Positions 1 to 8,839 of a stretch of DNA of 64,000 nt are shown one piece after another. A program made the position numbers and the translations under genes. Below the pieces are notes generated by a model. The model searched no databases, was not told where the DNA came from, and worked only from the letters and a program-made list of their open reading frames with translations. This stretch comes from Candidatus Binataceae bacterium (GTDB lineage Bacteria > Desulfobacterota > Binatia > Binatales > Binataceae), in the NCBI GenBank assembly GCA_030041155.1, contig JASHOJ010000047.1, positions 14,905 to 78,904 of the forward strand, read 5' to 3'. Every line of letters begins with the position of its first letter. Position 1 is the stretch's first letter.

Positions 1-300
1 CACCAAGGTCACGTTGGGATGATTCGCGTAACTTCCGAGCGACAATTCGATTCGCGCGCGCCGGTCAGACGGAGCTTCGATGAAAAATCGTTTCACCCCG
101 GCGCGTTCGCAGGAGAGCAGAAGCCGCTCCAGCAACGATCTTCCGAAAATGCGATTATCGGGGCGCGAAGGGGCGGCAATCAGGGCCGTTTCTATTGGCA
201 AGGTCTTTTAGAACCCGGTTTCGTGTCGGACTGTCCGACGGGTCAACGTAACATGCTCTTAACCGGAGAGCTAGAAGGTCGAGTTGAGAAAAGTCCATAA
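1..300 (+). CDS. possible 3' end of an unrecognised upstream ORF (partial); may be non-coding
   Basis: Frame is open from the window edge to TAA at 298-300. Third-codon positions are A/T-rich compared with neighbouring genes. No recognisable domain. Confidence 0.12.
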   Translation, partial: HQGHVGMIRVTSERQFDSRAPVRRSFDEKSFHPGAFAGEQKPLQQRSSENAIIGARRGGNQGRFYWQGLLEPGFVSDCPTGQRNMLLTGELEGRVEKSP

Positions 301-385
301 AGTTTGTTTATGAATCGCCTTATCTGTGTACAACCGTGTTAATGGCGCAGAACTGGATGCGCGGGAGTCGGAGCGCGCCGAACTT

Positions 386-415
386 GCCCGACTGAAGGCG
401 CTCAGGGGCTTTTTG
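386..415 (+). terminator. Rho-independent terminator-like hairpin followed by a TTTTT run
   Basis: GCCC...CTGA-aggcgc-TCAG...GGGC nested stem, then TTTTTG at 410-415. Confidence 0.35.
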
Positions 416-655
416 ATGCAACTGACGGTTGCCGTGTAATCGGCGATAAGATCGCGTTCGACAATTGATTATGATGCAGCCGGGGAGATTGCGCCACCAA
501 TTTTTCGCGACCCCGCAAGCCTCTGCGGAACTCTCCTTAAGCTTTTGCGCGCTCTCCTGAGCATCCGCTTGCGGCGCTGATTTACTGGACTCGAATATTC
601 GGCACGCTTATCGAGCGAGAGCCAAAATTCCGCTTTCCGCTTGCATTTCCTCCGG

Positions 656-707
656 GATCGCGCTCACCGCGATCTCGCATCATGTATCAGGCGGGGGAAA
701 GCCGCCT
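656..707 (+). promoter_or_regulatory. two tandem hairpins in the leader of the HAD/NTase operon
   Basis: GATCGCG-ctcac-CGCGATC (656-674) and AGGCGG-gggaaag-CCGCCT (689-707). They lie 36-90 nt upstream of the ATG at 743. Confidence 0.2.
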
Positions 708-742
708 AGAGACTGCGAATCGGCGCTGGTAGACTTTGTGCC

Positions 743-1465
743 TTGCCGATGATCACTACAATCCTATTCGATTTCGGCAGCACCCTTGACGGACCGGTGT
801 ACTGGTTGGACCGCTTCGTTGATCAGTACCGCGCCGCCGGATTTGCTATCTCGCGCGACCGGCTGGACCCGGCTTACTCGCATGCGATCGCCGCTGCCGG
901 CCGAGCTCCGCGAGCAATCTCTCGCTTCGGAATGAAGGACCTGGTGCGTTTTCTTGCCGGGCAACAGGTGGAACTTCTCGCCTCTGAACATCCGCCGAAT
1001 AGCGGCTTGCCGCTCGATTCGCGCGGCAGGAGCCGCTTGGTTGAGACAGTGAGCACGGGTTTCGTTGTGCAGATGCGTCGGGACCTGGAACACAGCCGCG
1101 CGGTGATCGAAAAGCTCAAGCCGCGCTACCGCTTGGGAATAGTGGCGAACTGGTATGGCGACCTCGATCGAATACTGGCCGAGGTGCAGATGAGCGCGCT
1201 GTTTGCCGTCGTTGTCGATTCCGCCAAAGTTGGGTTTCGCAAGCCCGACTCGCGGATGTTCACGACCGCGATGGCCGCCGCGGGATCGCGTCCTGAGACG
1301 ACCGCGATGGTTGGAGATTCGGTTGAGAAAGACTGCGTCCCGGCGCGCGCCCTCGGAATGAAAACCGTACTGTATAGGCCTCTTGGGGAGAAAACAGCCA
1401 GCCTCGAAGCGGCGGCGGATTTCACGATCGCGTCGCTCGATGAACTTCTGGAGCTCTACTGGTGA
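743..1465 (+). CDS. HAD-IA family hydrolase/phosphatase (possibly a phosphomutase)
   Basis: N-terminal motif I ILFDFGSTLDG and C-terminal MVGDSVEKD motif. Stop overlaps the GTG start of the next gene. Confidence 0.7.
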   Translation: MPMITTILFDFGSTLDGPVYWLDRFVDQYRAAGFAISRDRLDPAYSHAIAAAGRAPRAISRFGMKDLVRFLAGQQVELLASEHPPNSGLPLDSRGRSRLVETVSTGFVVQMRRDLEHSRAVIEKLKPRYRLGIVANWYGDLDRILAEVQMSALFAVVVDSAKVGFRKPDSRMFTTAMAAAGSRPETTAMVGDSVEKDCVPARALGMKTVLYRPLGEKTASLEAAADFTIASLDELLELYW

Positions 1466-2178
1466 GCGGTTTCAAAGGGGCAATTCTGGCGGCTGGGCGG
1501 GGCGAGCGCCTGCGTGCCTCGGGCGGCGCGTTCTTGCCGAAGCCGCTGGTCGAACTCGGCGGATCTCCGATGCTCGCGCGGCAGGCGACGGCGCTCCTCG
1601 AGGCCGGCGCAGGCGAGGTGCTTGCGATTATCAACAGCGAGACGGCCGCGCTTCTGAAGCCGGAGAAATTTCCGCCGAAACTCAGCCTGATGGTTCGCGA
1701 CACGCCGAACTCGATGGAATCGCTGTTCGCCTTGGGCGAGCGGCTTTCCGCCGGACATTTTCTGCTCGCCACAGTGGACGCGGTGATGCCCGAATCCGAG
1801 CTGCGGGCGTTCGTCGAGGCCGCGTTCGTACGCCTTTCCGCGTCAAATACAGGCTCCGATGCGGGAGTGCTGGCAGTGGTCAGGTGGCGCGGCGACCGTA
1901 ACCCGCTTTTCACATCCGTAACATCGGCGGGGTTGATCACGGAACTGGGCGCGCGGTCTGCTGAGATGGTCACCGCCGGATTCTATGTGCTGCCGGCCTT
2001 GATCTTCCGGCTGGTGGATAAAGCCAGGCGCCAAAGGCTCGGCGCGATGCGCGAGTTTCTGGCGCTCTTGCTGAATGAAGGATTTTGCCTGCAAGCGATC
2101 GAAGTGAAGAACGCAATCGACGTTGACGAGGCGCCCGACCTGGATGCGGCGCGCCGCCTGGCGGAGAACAATCGATGA
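1462..2178 (+). CDS. sugar-phosphate nucleotidyltransferase (HddC/LicC/IPCT-like)
   Basis: N-terminal GAILAAGRGERL signature of NDP-sugar pyrophosphorylases. GTGA overlap with the upstream gene and ATGA overlap with the downstream gene. Confidence 0.65.
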   Translation: MSGFKGAILAAGRGERLRASGGAFLPKPLVELGGSPMLARQATALLEAGAGEVLAIINSETAALLKPEKFPPKLSLMVRDTPNSMESLFALGERLSAGHFLLATVDAVMPESELRAFVEAAFVRLSASNTGSDAGVLAVVRWRGDRNPLFTSVTSAGLITELGARSAEMVTAGFYVLPALIFRLVDKARRQRLGAMREFLALLLNEGFCLQAIEVKNAIDVDEAPDLDAARRLAENNR

Positions 2179-3008
2179 GTATGCGTGCGATTGGAGTCTA
2201 CCGTGAAAAGGAATTCTCTCCCGGCAAGGTCGAAGCGGATGCGGCTATTCTTGACGCCGTTCTAAGCGAACTCTCCGCCGCCGGCGTTTCGACCGTTGCC
2301 ATGGATGCGCACCAGTTTATCTCGGAAATCGATCTGCGGACCGACCTGGTGATGGCGATGTGCCAGGGCGAAGGCGCGCTGCGCCGGCTTGCCGAGATCG
2401 AGCGGTCGGGCGCGGTGGCAATCAACTCCGCGCTTTCGATCCGCAACTGCTATCGCGATCTTCTGGCGGCAGGGCTTGCACAATCGGGAGTGCCGACACC
2501 CGCGGGCGCGCTGCTCTCGACCAGCGTACTGCCGAGCGCCGGCGCGCTCGGCGGTCTGGACCTGTCACTGCCGCTGTTCGTCAAGCGTGGCGACTTGCAC
2601 GCGCTTGGTCCCGACGATGTACAGCGTGCGGTCGGGCGCGCCGACCTGGAGGCGCGCATGGCGAGCTTTGCGCGCCGAGGTATTCCGCAGGTCTATGTGC
2701 AGCAGGAATTTGCCGGCGACGTGGTCAAGTTTTATGGAGTAAGCGGCGGTTCCTATTTCTGCGCGATTGCCGATTCCGGCGAGCTGCCCGAATCGATCCT
2801 GCAGGGTCTTTCCGAGGCGGCGCAAAGAGCCGCGCTGATGCTGGGGCTCGAGGCGTGGGGCGGCGACGCGGTATTGAGCGGCGATCGGTTTGCTATTATC
2901 GATTTTAACGATTGGCCAAGTTACAGCAGGGTACGGATGCGCGCCGCTCAGGCGATAGCGCGCCGGGCTTTAGCCCTGGTCCGGACGCCCGCGATGGCGC
3001 GGGCATAG
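2175..3008 (+). CDS. atypical ATP-grasp-like protein (possible small-molecule kinase or ligase)
   Basis: PLFVKRGD...H segment and C-terminal EAWGGDAV...FAIIDFNDWP resemble the ATP-grasp catalytic core. There is no Gly-rich loop. Call is from pattern recognition only. Confidence 0.35.
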   Translation: MSMRAIGVYREKEFSPGKVEADAAILDAVLSELSAAGVSTVAMDAHQFISEIDLRTDLVMAMCQGEGALRRLAEIERSGAVAINSALSIRNCYRDLLAAGLAQSGVPTPAGALLSTSVLPSAGALGGLDLSLPLFVKRGDLHALGPDDVQRAVGRADLEARMASFARRGIPQVYVQQEFAGDVVKFYGVSGGSYFCAIADSGELPESILQGLSEAAQRAALMLGLEAWGGDAVLSGDRFAIIDFNDWPSYSRVRMRAAQAIARRALALVRTPAMARA

Positions 3009-3101
3009 ACCGCCTACGAGTAAACGAAGTCGAACAGGGTCGATCGAGATCGATCTCGAGTTAGGTCCGAGTGACCTTGGGGGGAAGAGACAGCTTATCT
3101 G

Positions 3102-4460
3102 ATGGCATCCAACGGCAAGCTTCCGTCAATCCGGACCTCGGTCCCGGGTCCCAAATCGGCTGAAATCTTCGCTCATGAGCAGCGCAACATCGCGCCCGGT
3201 CGGCAGCGAATTTCGCTGCTGGCGGGTGTCGCCTTCGATCATGGCGACGGCGCCACGCTGACTGATGCGGACGGCAACACCTACGTCGATTTTTACGCCG
3301 GCGTCGCGGTGGCGAGCCTCGGGCATGGAAATGCGCGTCTTGCGCAGGCGCTTGCTCGCCAGGCCTCGCGCCTGATCGTCGGCACTTTCGCCACCAAGGA
3401 GCGCGCCGAAGCCTTCGAGCTGCTAAGCCAGGCCGCGCCGGGCAAGCTCAAGCGGTCGCATTTTTATAGTGGCGGCGCGGAGGCTGTAGAGGCGGCGCTG
3501 AGACTCGCACGCTCGGTCACCAAAAAGCACGAGGTGGTCGGTTTCTGGGGTGGTTTTCACGGCAAAACCGGTGGCGTGCTCGGCCTGATCGGCGACGAAT
3601 CAAAGCAGGGTTACGGTCCGCTGCCGGGCGGTCGCTATCAGGTGCCGTATGCCGATTGTTACCGCTGCCCGTTTAAGCTCGAGCATCCCGGATGCGGGCT
3701 TGCCTGCGTCGATTTCGCGCGCGAGCAGATAAAAAATTCGTCGGCCGGCGACGTCGCCGCAATCCTGGTCGAACCGATGCAGGGAACCGCGGGCAATGTT
3801 ATTCCGCCTGATGACTGGCTTCCCGCTATCAAGTCGCTCGCGAAGGAATTCGGTGCGCTTTTGGTCGCTGACGAGATGATCACCGGCTTCGGCCGCACCG
3901 GAAAGATGTGGGGAGTGGAGCATAGCGGCACCGAGCCGGACGTGATCACGGTCGGCAAGGGGATGGGGTCGGGGTTTCCCGTCTCGGGTGTGCTTCTGAG
4001 CGATGAACTCGGCAGGGCGGAGCCATTCGGCAAGCCCAGCGCGTCGTCTTCGAGCTACGGCGGAAATCCGCTCGCGGCAGTCGCGGTGGCAGAGACCCTC
4101 AAGACGATTCGCGACGAAAAGCTGGTCGAGAACTCGCGAAAGGTGGGCGCCAAGATGCTCTCGCGGCTCAAGCAGCTTCAAGAAAAATACGAGTTTATCG
4201 GCGACGTGCGTGGCCGCGGCCTGCTGATCGGAATCGAGCTGGTGCGCGATCTGAAAACCCGCGAACTTCTGAACCGAAAGATAACCGAACTGATTTTCGT
4301 CGAGGCGCTGAGGCGCGGCCTTATCACGATGGGCTATTTTCCGAGAATTCGAATCAATCCGCCGCTCGTGATTACCGAGTCGCAGGCCGAGGCGGGAGTC
4401 GCGATCCTGGATGAAGTCTTCGCCCACGTACGCGATCACGTGGACTGGCGCGCCGCGTAG
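3102..4460 (+). CDS. class-III (omega) aminotransferase, PLP-dependent; possible HpnO-like enzyme
   Basis: LVADEMITGFGRTGKMWG and the PLP-lysine region TVGKGMGSGFP, as in the AcOrn/GABA/ornithine aminotransferase family. Confidence 0.8.
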   Translation: MASNGKLPSIRTSVPGPKSAEIFAHEQRNIAPGRQRISLLAGVAFDHGDGATLTDADGNTYVDFYAGVAVASLGHGNARLAQALARQASRLIVGTFATKERAEAFELLSQAAPGKLKRSHFYSGGAEAVEAALRLARSVTKKHEVVGFWGGFHGKTGGVLGLIGDESKQGYGPLPGGRYQVPYADCYRCPFKLEHPGCGLACVDFAREQIKNSSAGDVAAILVEPMQGTAGNVIPPDDWLPAIKSLAKEFGALLVADEMITGFGRTGKMWGVEHSGTEPDVITVGKGMGSGFPVSGVLLSDELGRAEPFGKPSASSSSYGGNPLAAVAVAETLKTIRDEKLVENSRKVGAKMLSRLKQLQEKYEFIGDVRGRGLLIGIELVRDLKTRELLNRKITELIFVEALRRGLITMGYFPRIRINPPLVITESQAEAGVAILDEVFAHVRDHVDWRAA

Positions 4461-4475
4461 GACAAAAATCGCTCC

Positions 4476-4949
4476 ATGCCCGAATCATCTGGAAACGCGG
4501 CGCTGTTCCTTGATCTCGGCGGCACGCTTATCAAGCTCGACGAGACTCAGGAAATTCCGCAGGATTCAAACGGCAGCGTCATCGTCGAACTCCTCGATAA
4601 TGTCGCCGATCGCCTGCGCCCGATGCGCGAGTACCTGATGTTCGTGGTCACGAATCAGTCCAAGATTAAGCGCGGGCGCTTCACGATGGATCAAATCGAA
4701 GACGCCCTCCGGGTGCTTGACCAGAAGCTCGGCGACATCCTGACCGCCTGGAAGGTGTGCCCGCACGACGATGCTGACGGTTGCGAATGCCGCAAGCCAA
4801 AATGCGGCATGATCACTGAACTGGCCGGCCTCTATGGGGTCGACTTGTCGAACTCGATCATGGTCGGCGACAGCCCCGCGGATGAGGGCGCGGCTCGCGC
4901 GGCCGGAGTCAAATTCATCCACGCTCGCGATTTCTTCGGCTGGCGCTGA
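4476..4949 (+). CDS. HAD-IIIA phosphatase, GmhB (D,D-heptose-1,7-bisphosphate phosphatase)-like
   Basis: LFLDLGGTL motif I, Zn-binding CPHDDADGCECRKPKCGM motif, and MVGDSPADEGAA motif. Confidence 0.7.
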   Translation: MPESSGNAALFLDLGGTLIKLDETQEIPQDSNGSVIVELLDNVADRLRPMREYLMFVVTNQSKIKRGRFTMDQIEDALRVLDQKLGDILTAWKVCPHDDADGCECRKPKCGMITELAGLYGVDLSNSIMVGDSPADEGAARAAGVKFIHARDFFGWR

Positions 4950-5524
4950 AAGCGCGTCGCGCCCGAACTCAACGTGCGTGCGCGCGGAAGGCGGCCAGGG
5001 TTTCGAGTGCGGGGCAGGGACCCGATTCGAATGTAAGCAGACGTCGATGGCTCTCCTCGGCATCCAACTGTTTTCCATCGTCTGCGAGCGCTTCAATCTT
5101 GTTCCGATCCACCCGAAAGCCCCATTTGCATCGTATGCAGAAGTAAATCCGGGTCCCTCGGCTCACTTGCGCGTCGCCGTTCAGGACTGGCCCAATCACG
5201 TATTCATGACGCAGGGCGCGCCCGGTTGGCGGCAATTGTTGGTACGAACGAAAGCTCACGCATATAGCAAGTGGCAATTACTGGACCGGATCGGAAAAGC
5301 GCGGCGGTTAAGCAATTTCACACAAATTGCCAGCGCGGCCGCGGGATGCATTGTTGAACAACGCGATGCGTCATTGCATTCCGCATGGCGCGCGGCCTTC
5401 ATGAATGCAGCGTCTGAGACGACATTGGCTGCAGAGGAACGCCGATGGGTGCGGGTGGACAATTGGCCGGCGCGAGCGAGATACTCAGCCCGATATTTTC
5501 GGAATCGCCCGGGGTGCATCGATC

Positions 5525-6376
5525 ATGAAAATCGGTCTGCTTACGCCATTCAGCGGTCGAAACGGAAATCCAGCAGAGTTCGCACGCATCGCCGAGTCGC
5601 TCGGCTACGAATCCATCTGGGTGCCGGAGCATCCCGCGGTTCCGGCTAATCCCGCGTCGAAATTTCCCGCCGGGGGCGATATTCCGCCGATCTATTTTTC
5701 GATGGGCGATCAGATGATCGCGCTCGCGATGGCTGCTGGAGCCACGACCAAGCTCAAGCTTGCAACCGGCATCTGCCTGGTGCCGGAGCATAACGCGATC
5801 GCGATAGCCAAGCAGATAGCGTCGCTCGATGCGTTTTCGGGCGGGCGATTTATCTTCGGAATCGGCGCGGGATGGCTGCGCGAGGAATCCGAACTTTTCG
5901 GCGTCGACTTTCCGCGCAGGTGGACTCAGACCGCGGAGATGGTTGCCGCGATGCGCGAGTTATGGAGCCGCGAGGAAGCATCGTTCGAAGGCAAGTACAT
6001 CCGTTTCTCGAAAATCAAGTGTGCGCCCAAGCCGCTGCGCAAGGATGGTCCGCCGGTCGTGATCGGAAGCCTGGATAAGAACGCGCTGAAACGAGTGGCG
6101 AAGTGGGCCGACGGATGGTGCCCGATCCGAATCTCGGCTGACTTTCTGGCGGGCAAGCTCGCGGAGCTGAAGCGTGAATGCGCCGAACTGGGGCGCGACT
6201 TCTCCCGGCTCGATATTACCGTGATGGGATACATTCGCGGTGACCGATCCGCCGTGCAGGATGAATTGGCCAAGTTCGCGCAGGCGGGCGCCACGCGCTT
6301 TGTCATCGGCCTCGGCGAATTCACCCCCGAGACGATGGGACACACGCTGGAGCGTTTCGCCGCCACGTTCGTTTAG
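5525..6376 (+). CDS. LLM-class flavin/F420-dependent oxidoreductase
   Basis: Luciferase-like monooxygenase fold starting MKIGLLTPF...ESIWVPEHP. Start chosen at the internal ATG typical of the family. Confidence 0.65.
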   Translation: MKIGLLTPFSGRNGNPAEFARIAESLGYESIWVPEHPAVPANPASKFPAGGDIPPIYFSMGDQMIALAMAAGATTKLKLATGICLVPEHNAIAIAKQIASLDAFSGGRFIFGIGAGWLREESELFGVDFPRRWTQTAEMVAAMRELWSREEASFEGKYIRFSKIKCAPKPLRKDGPPVVIGSLDKNALKRVAKWADGWCPIRISADFLAGKLAELKRECAELGRDFSRLDITVMGYIRGDRSAVQDELAKFAQAGATRFVIGLGEFTPETMGHTLERFAATFV

Positions 6377-6548
6377 GTCGCCACTTTTCCGCGCCAAACT
6401 TCTCAAATCCGCAGTGCAGCCGCGCGATGGCGATGCAGTCGCGGGACTGCATCCAGATGTGCACAAGATCCAATCAATTCCACGGCTTTACGCATGGCAA
6501 TCCTCTTGCTGTTGCGTCTCAAGCGAGACTTACGGAGGACGCTTAGGG

Positions 6549-6797
6549 ATGATTTCCATGATTCTGATCGGACTTATCGCTGGATGGCTTGCCGGTAAGG
6601 CGGTCCGCGGCAACGGTTATGGGATGCTGGCGGACGTTGTGCTAGGTCTGGTGGGTGCGGTGCTGGGTGGCTGGATCTTTGGCGCGGTTGGATTTCATGC
6701 ACATCACCTCGTCAGCTTGATTGGCGTGGCGACTTTAGGCGCGATCACGCTGGTGATGTGCGCGCGGCTGGCTACCGGCGAATTGTTCGACGACTGA
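6549..6797 (+). CDS. GlsB/YeaQ/YmgE-family transglycosylase-associated small membrane protein
   Basis: LIGLIAGWLAG...GGWIFGAVGF Gly-rich transmembrane repeat. GGAGG ribosome-binding site lies upstream. Confidence 0.55.
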   Translation: MISMILIGLIAGWLAGKAVRGNGYGMLADVVLGLVGAVLGGWIFGAVGFHAHHLVSLIGVATLGAITLVMCARLATGELFDD

Positions 6798-6900
6798 AGC
6801 CGGTGGGAGAGTGTGCGCGCGGATGAAGCGGCGGCGCAGCGGTGCGAGTTGGATCGCGCACCTCTCCCAAAGGAGCGACTGAACAAATACAACTTTTGCT

Positions 6901-7935
6901 GTGAAACTGCGCGGCGCAATCTCCGGGTTTGGCGAAGTGGCCGCCCGGGCCCATTTGCCCGGATGGCTTGCACGCGAGGCGGTTGATATCCGCGTGGTGC
7001 ACGATCCTATTTCCGAACGGCGCCACGAGGCGATTCGCCATATCAAAGGCGTGCGGGTTTATGACGACCTTGAGCTGATGCTCGATGGCGAAGCGCCGGA
7101 TTTCGTGGATATCGCGAGTCCGCCGGCCTTCCATGCTGCCGCGGTGCGAACGGCTCTCAAAGCGGGAGCGCACGTGCTGATCGAAAAGCCGATGTGCCTC
7201 TCGCTGGACGAGTTTGATGACTTGTGCTCGATCGCGCGGCAGACTGGCCGCGTCCTGTGCTGCGTTCACAACTGGAAGTACGCGCCCGCCTATGCGAAAG
7301 CCGCCAAACTTATCGCGGAAGGCCGATTGGGAGCGGTGCGATTTATCTCTCTCGACCGCCTGCGAACCGCGCCTGCCGGAGCCGGCGGCTCGGGGGGGCA
7401 GTGGCGTGCTTCCGTCGCCTCGGGCGGCGGCATCCTGATCGATCATGGATGGCACGTCTTTTACCTTATGCAGTGGCTAATGGGTGGCGAACCAGCGCTC
7501 GCGATTTCCGCGAAACTCGGCGATGCCGGCGAAAGCGGAGCCGAACAGACCGCCGATCTGCGCGTCTCGTTTCCAGGAGGACGGCTCAGCGGTAACCGGA
7601 TTGCGCGTGCTTACCTGTCGTGGCGATCGCCCGTCCGGCGCACCTCGGCGCTTATCTACGGCGAAACCGGGATGCTGGAAATCGAAGGCGATAATGTCCG
7701 GCTTATTGATAGCGACGGACGCATAGAGACATTTTCGGCAGAAGACGCCCCCGATGACTCTTATCATGCGGGATGGTTTGCAGGCGTAGCCTCAGCTTTT
7801 GAGCGCGCCATCTCGGAGGGTCCGGACTCACCATCTGCCCGGGTGAATTTGGCCGAGGCGCGCAACGCGCTGGCACTAACTATCGCGTCGCGCGAATCGT
7901 CAGCATCGGGTTCCGAGATTAGTCTGGCTCGATGA
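6901..7935 (+). CDS. Gfo/Idh/MocA-family NAD(P)-dependent oxidoreductase (inositol/sugar dehydrogenase family)
   Basis: N-terminal Rossmann GFGEVA, the DFVDIASPP...HVLIEKPM motif. GTG start. Confidence 0.7.
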   Translation: MKLRGAISGFGEVAARAHLPGWLAREAVDIRVVHDPISERRHEAIRHIKGVRVYDDLELMLDGEAPDFVDIASPPAFHAAAVRTALKAGAHVLIEKPMCLSLDEFDDLCSIARQTGRVLCCVHNWKYAPAYAKAAKLIAEGRLGAVRFISLDRLRTAPAGAGGSGGQWRASVASGGGILIDHGWHVFYLMQWLMGGEPALAISAKLGDAGESGAEQTADLRVSFPGGRLSGNRIARAYLSWRSPVRRTSALIYGETGMLEIEGDNVRLIDSDGRIETFSAEDAPDDSYHAGWFAGVASAFERAISEGPDSPSARVNLAEARNALALTIASRESSASGSEISLAR

Positions 7936-8035
7936 ACTGCGCTCCTGACCGTCGGTCAATTTGAGCATCGGTCCGACGGCTGTCGTTAGCTTTATCTCGC
8001 TGCCTGACCGACTGACCGCTTGGACGGTACTCTTC

Positions 8036-8063
8036 TTGACTTAGATTTTAGCGGCGCTAGAGT
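8036..8063 (+). promoter_or_regulatory. sigma70-like promoter candidate for tetR/hpnH
   Basis: TTGACT (8036-8041), 16-nt spacer, TAGAGT (8058-8063). A 7-bp inverted repeat CCGTCGG/CCGACGG lies just upstream. Confidence 0.3.
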
Positions 8064-8149
8064 AATTATTGACCGAAGGGTTAGCGGCGACGGCTCCTAC
8101 CCCACGGTTAAGTTGCACTGATGCAATCTTCATCTTTCAGGACCAGGTC

Positions 8150-8809
8150 ATGAGTGCATTATCGGCAAGAGCTGGGTCGGTTGAGGTGCGCGGGGGCTCT
8201 CAGGACTCGCGCGACGAAATCCTGAAAGCGGCGATGCATCTATTCGCCAGCCGCGGCTTCCATGAGACCTCGATGTCGGAGGTTGCGCGGGAGGCGCGGG
8301 TCAGCAAAGCGCTGATCTTCTGGCACTTTAAGACCAAAGAAGAGCTATTCGTGGCGGTGTTGAATCGCCTGCTCGAACCCTACTTTATCGATTTTTCCGA
8401 AGAGGCCGGCGTGCTGGACGAGCGCGCGCAGCTACGGAAGCTGGTTGAATTTTATCTATTGTTCGTGCGCGACAACGCGAGTTCGGTGCGATTCTTTATC
8501 GCCCAAATGCTGCACGATCAGCACTTTGCGGAGGGACTCAACGAGCAGGTTCTGAAACTCTACTCGGGCTACCGGAACATGCTTATCGAGCTGATCTCGC
8601 GCGCGCAGGAGAAAAATCTCTGCTCGCGGCAGTTTACGCCGGCGGCTGCGGCGGGCTTCCTGCTATCGGCGCTCAATGGAATTCTGATTGAACATCTTTT
8701 CGTCCAGAACCATCCACTCGATCCGGAGAGCGCGACCGCCATGGTCAGTGGATGGCTTTTCGGCGAAGACCTGAAACCCGCGGATCGCGAGGGAAAAGCT
8801 TTCGCCTGA
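8150..8809 (+). CDS. TetR/AcrR-family transcriptional regulator
   Basis: N-terminal HTH ILKAAMHLFASRGFHETSMSEVAREARVSKALIFWHFKTKEELF. Located 30 bp upstream of hpnH on the same strand. Confidence 0.8.
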   Translation: MSALSARAGSVEVRGGSQDSRDEILKAAMHLFASRGFHETSMSEVAREARVSKALIFWHFKTKEELFVAVLNRLLEPYFIDFSEEAGVLDERAQLRKLVEFYLLFVRDNASSVRFFIAQMLHDQHFAEGLNEQVLKLYSGYRNMLIELISRAQEKNLCSRQFTPAAAAGFLLSALNGILIEHLFVQNHPLDPESATAMVSGWLFGEDLKPADREGKAFA

Positions 8810-8839
8810 ACTTCCTTAGCCAGAACCTGGAGAGCAACA

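Noticed and set aside
19-300. 93-aa ORF at the window start as a complete gene
   Set aside because: Codon third positions are A/T-rich, unlike every confident gene here. No domain. Kept only as a very low-confidence partial CDS.
4834-5649. 271-aa plus-strand ORF spanning the gap into the LLM gene
   Set aside because: It fuses an out-of-frame upstream stretch with the LLM gene in another frame. The LLM family start MKIGLL at 5525 is the credible start.
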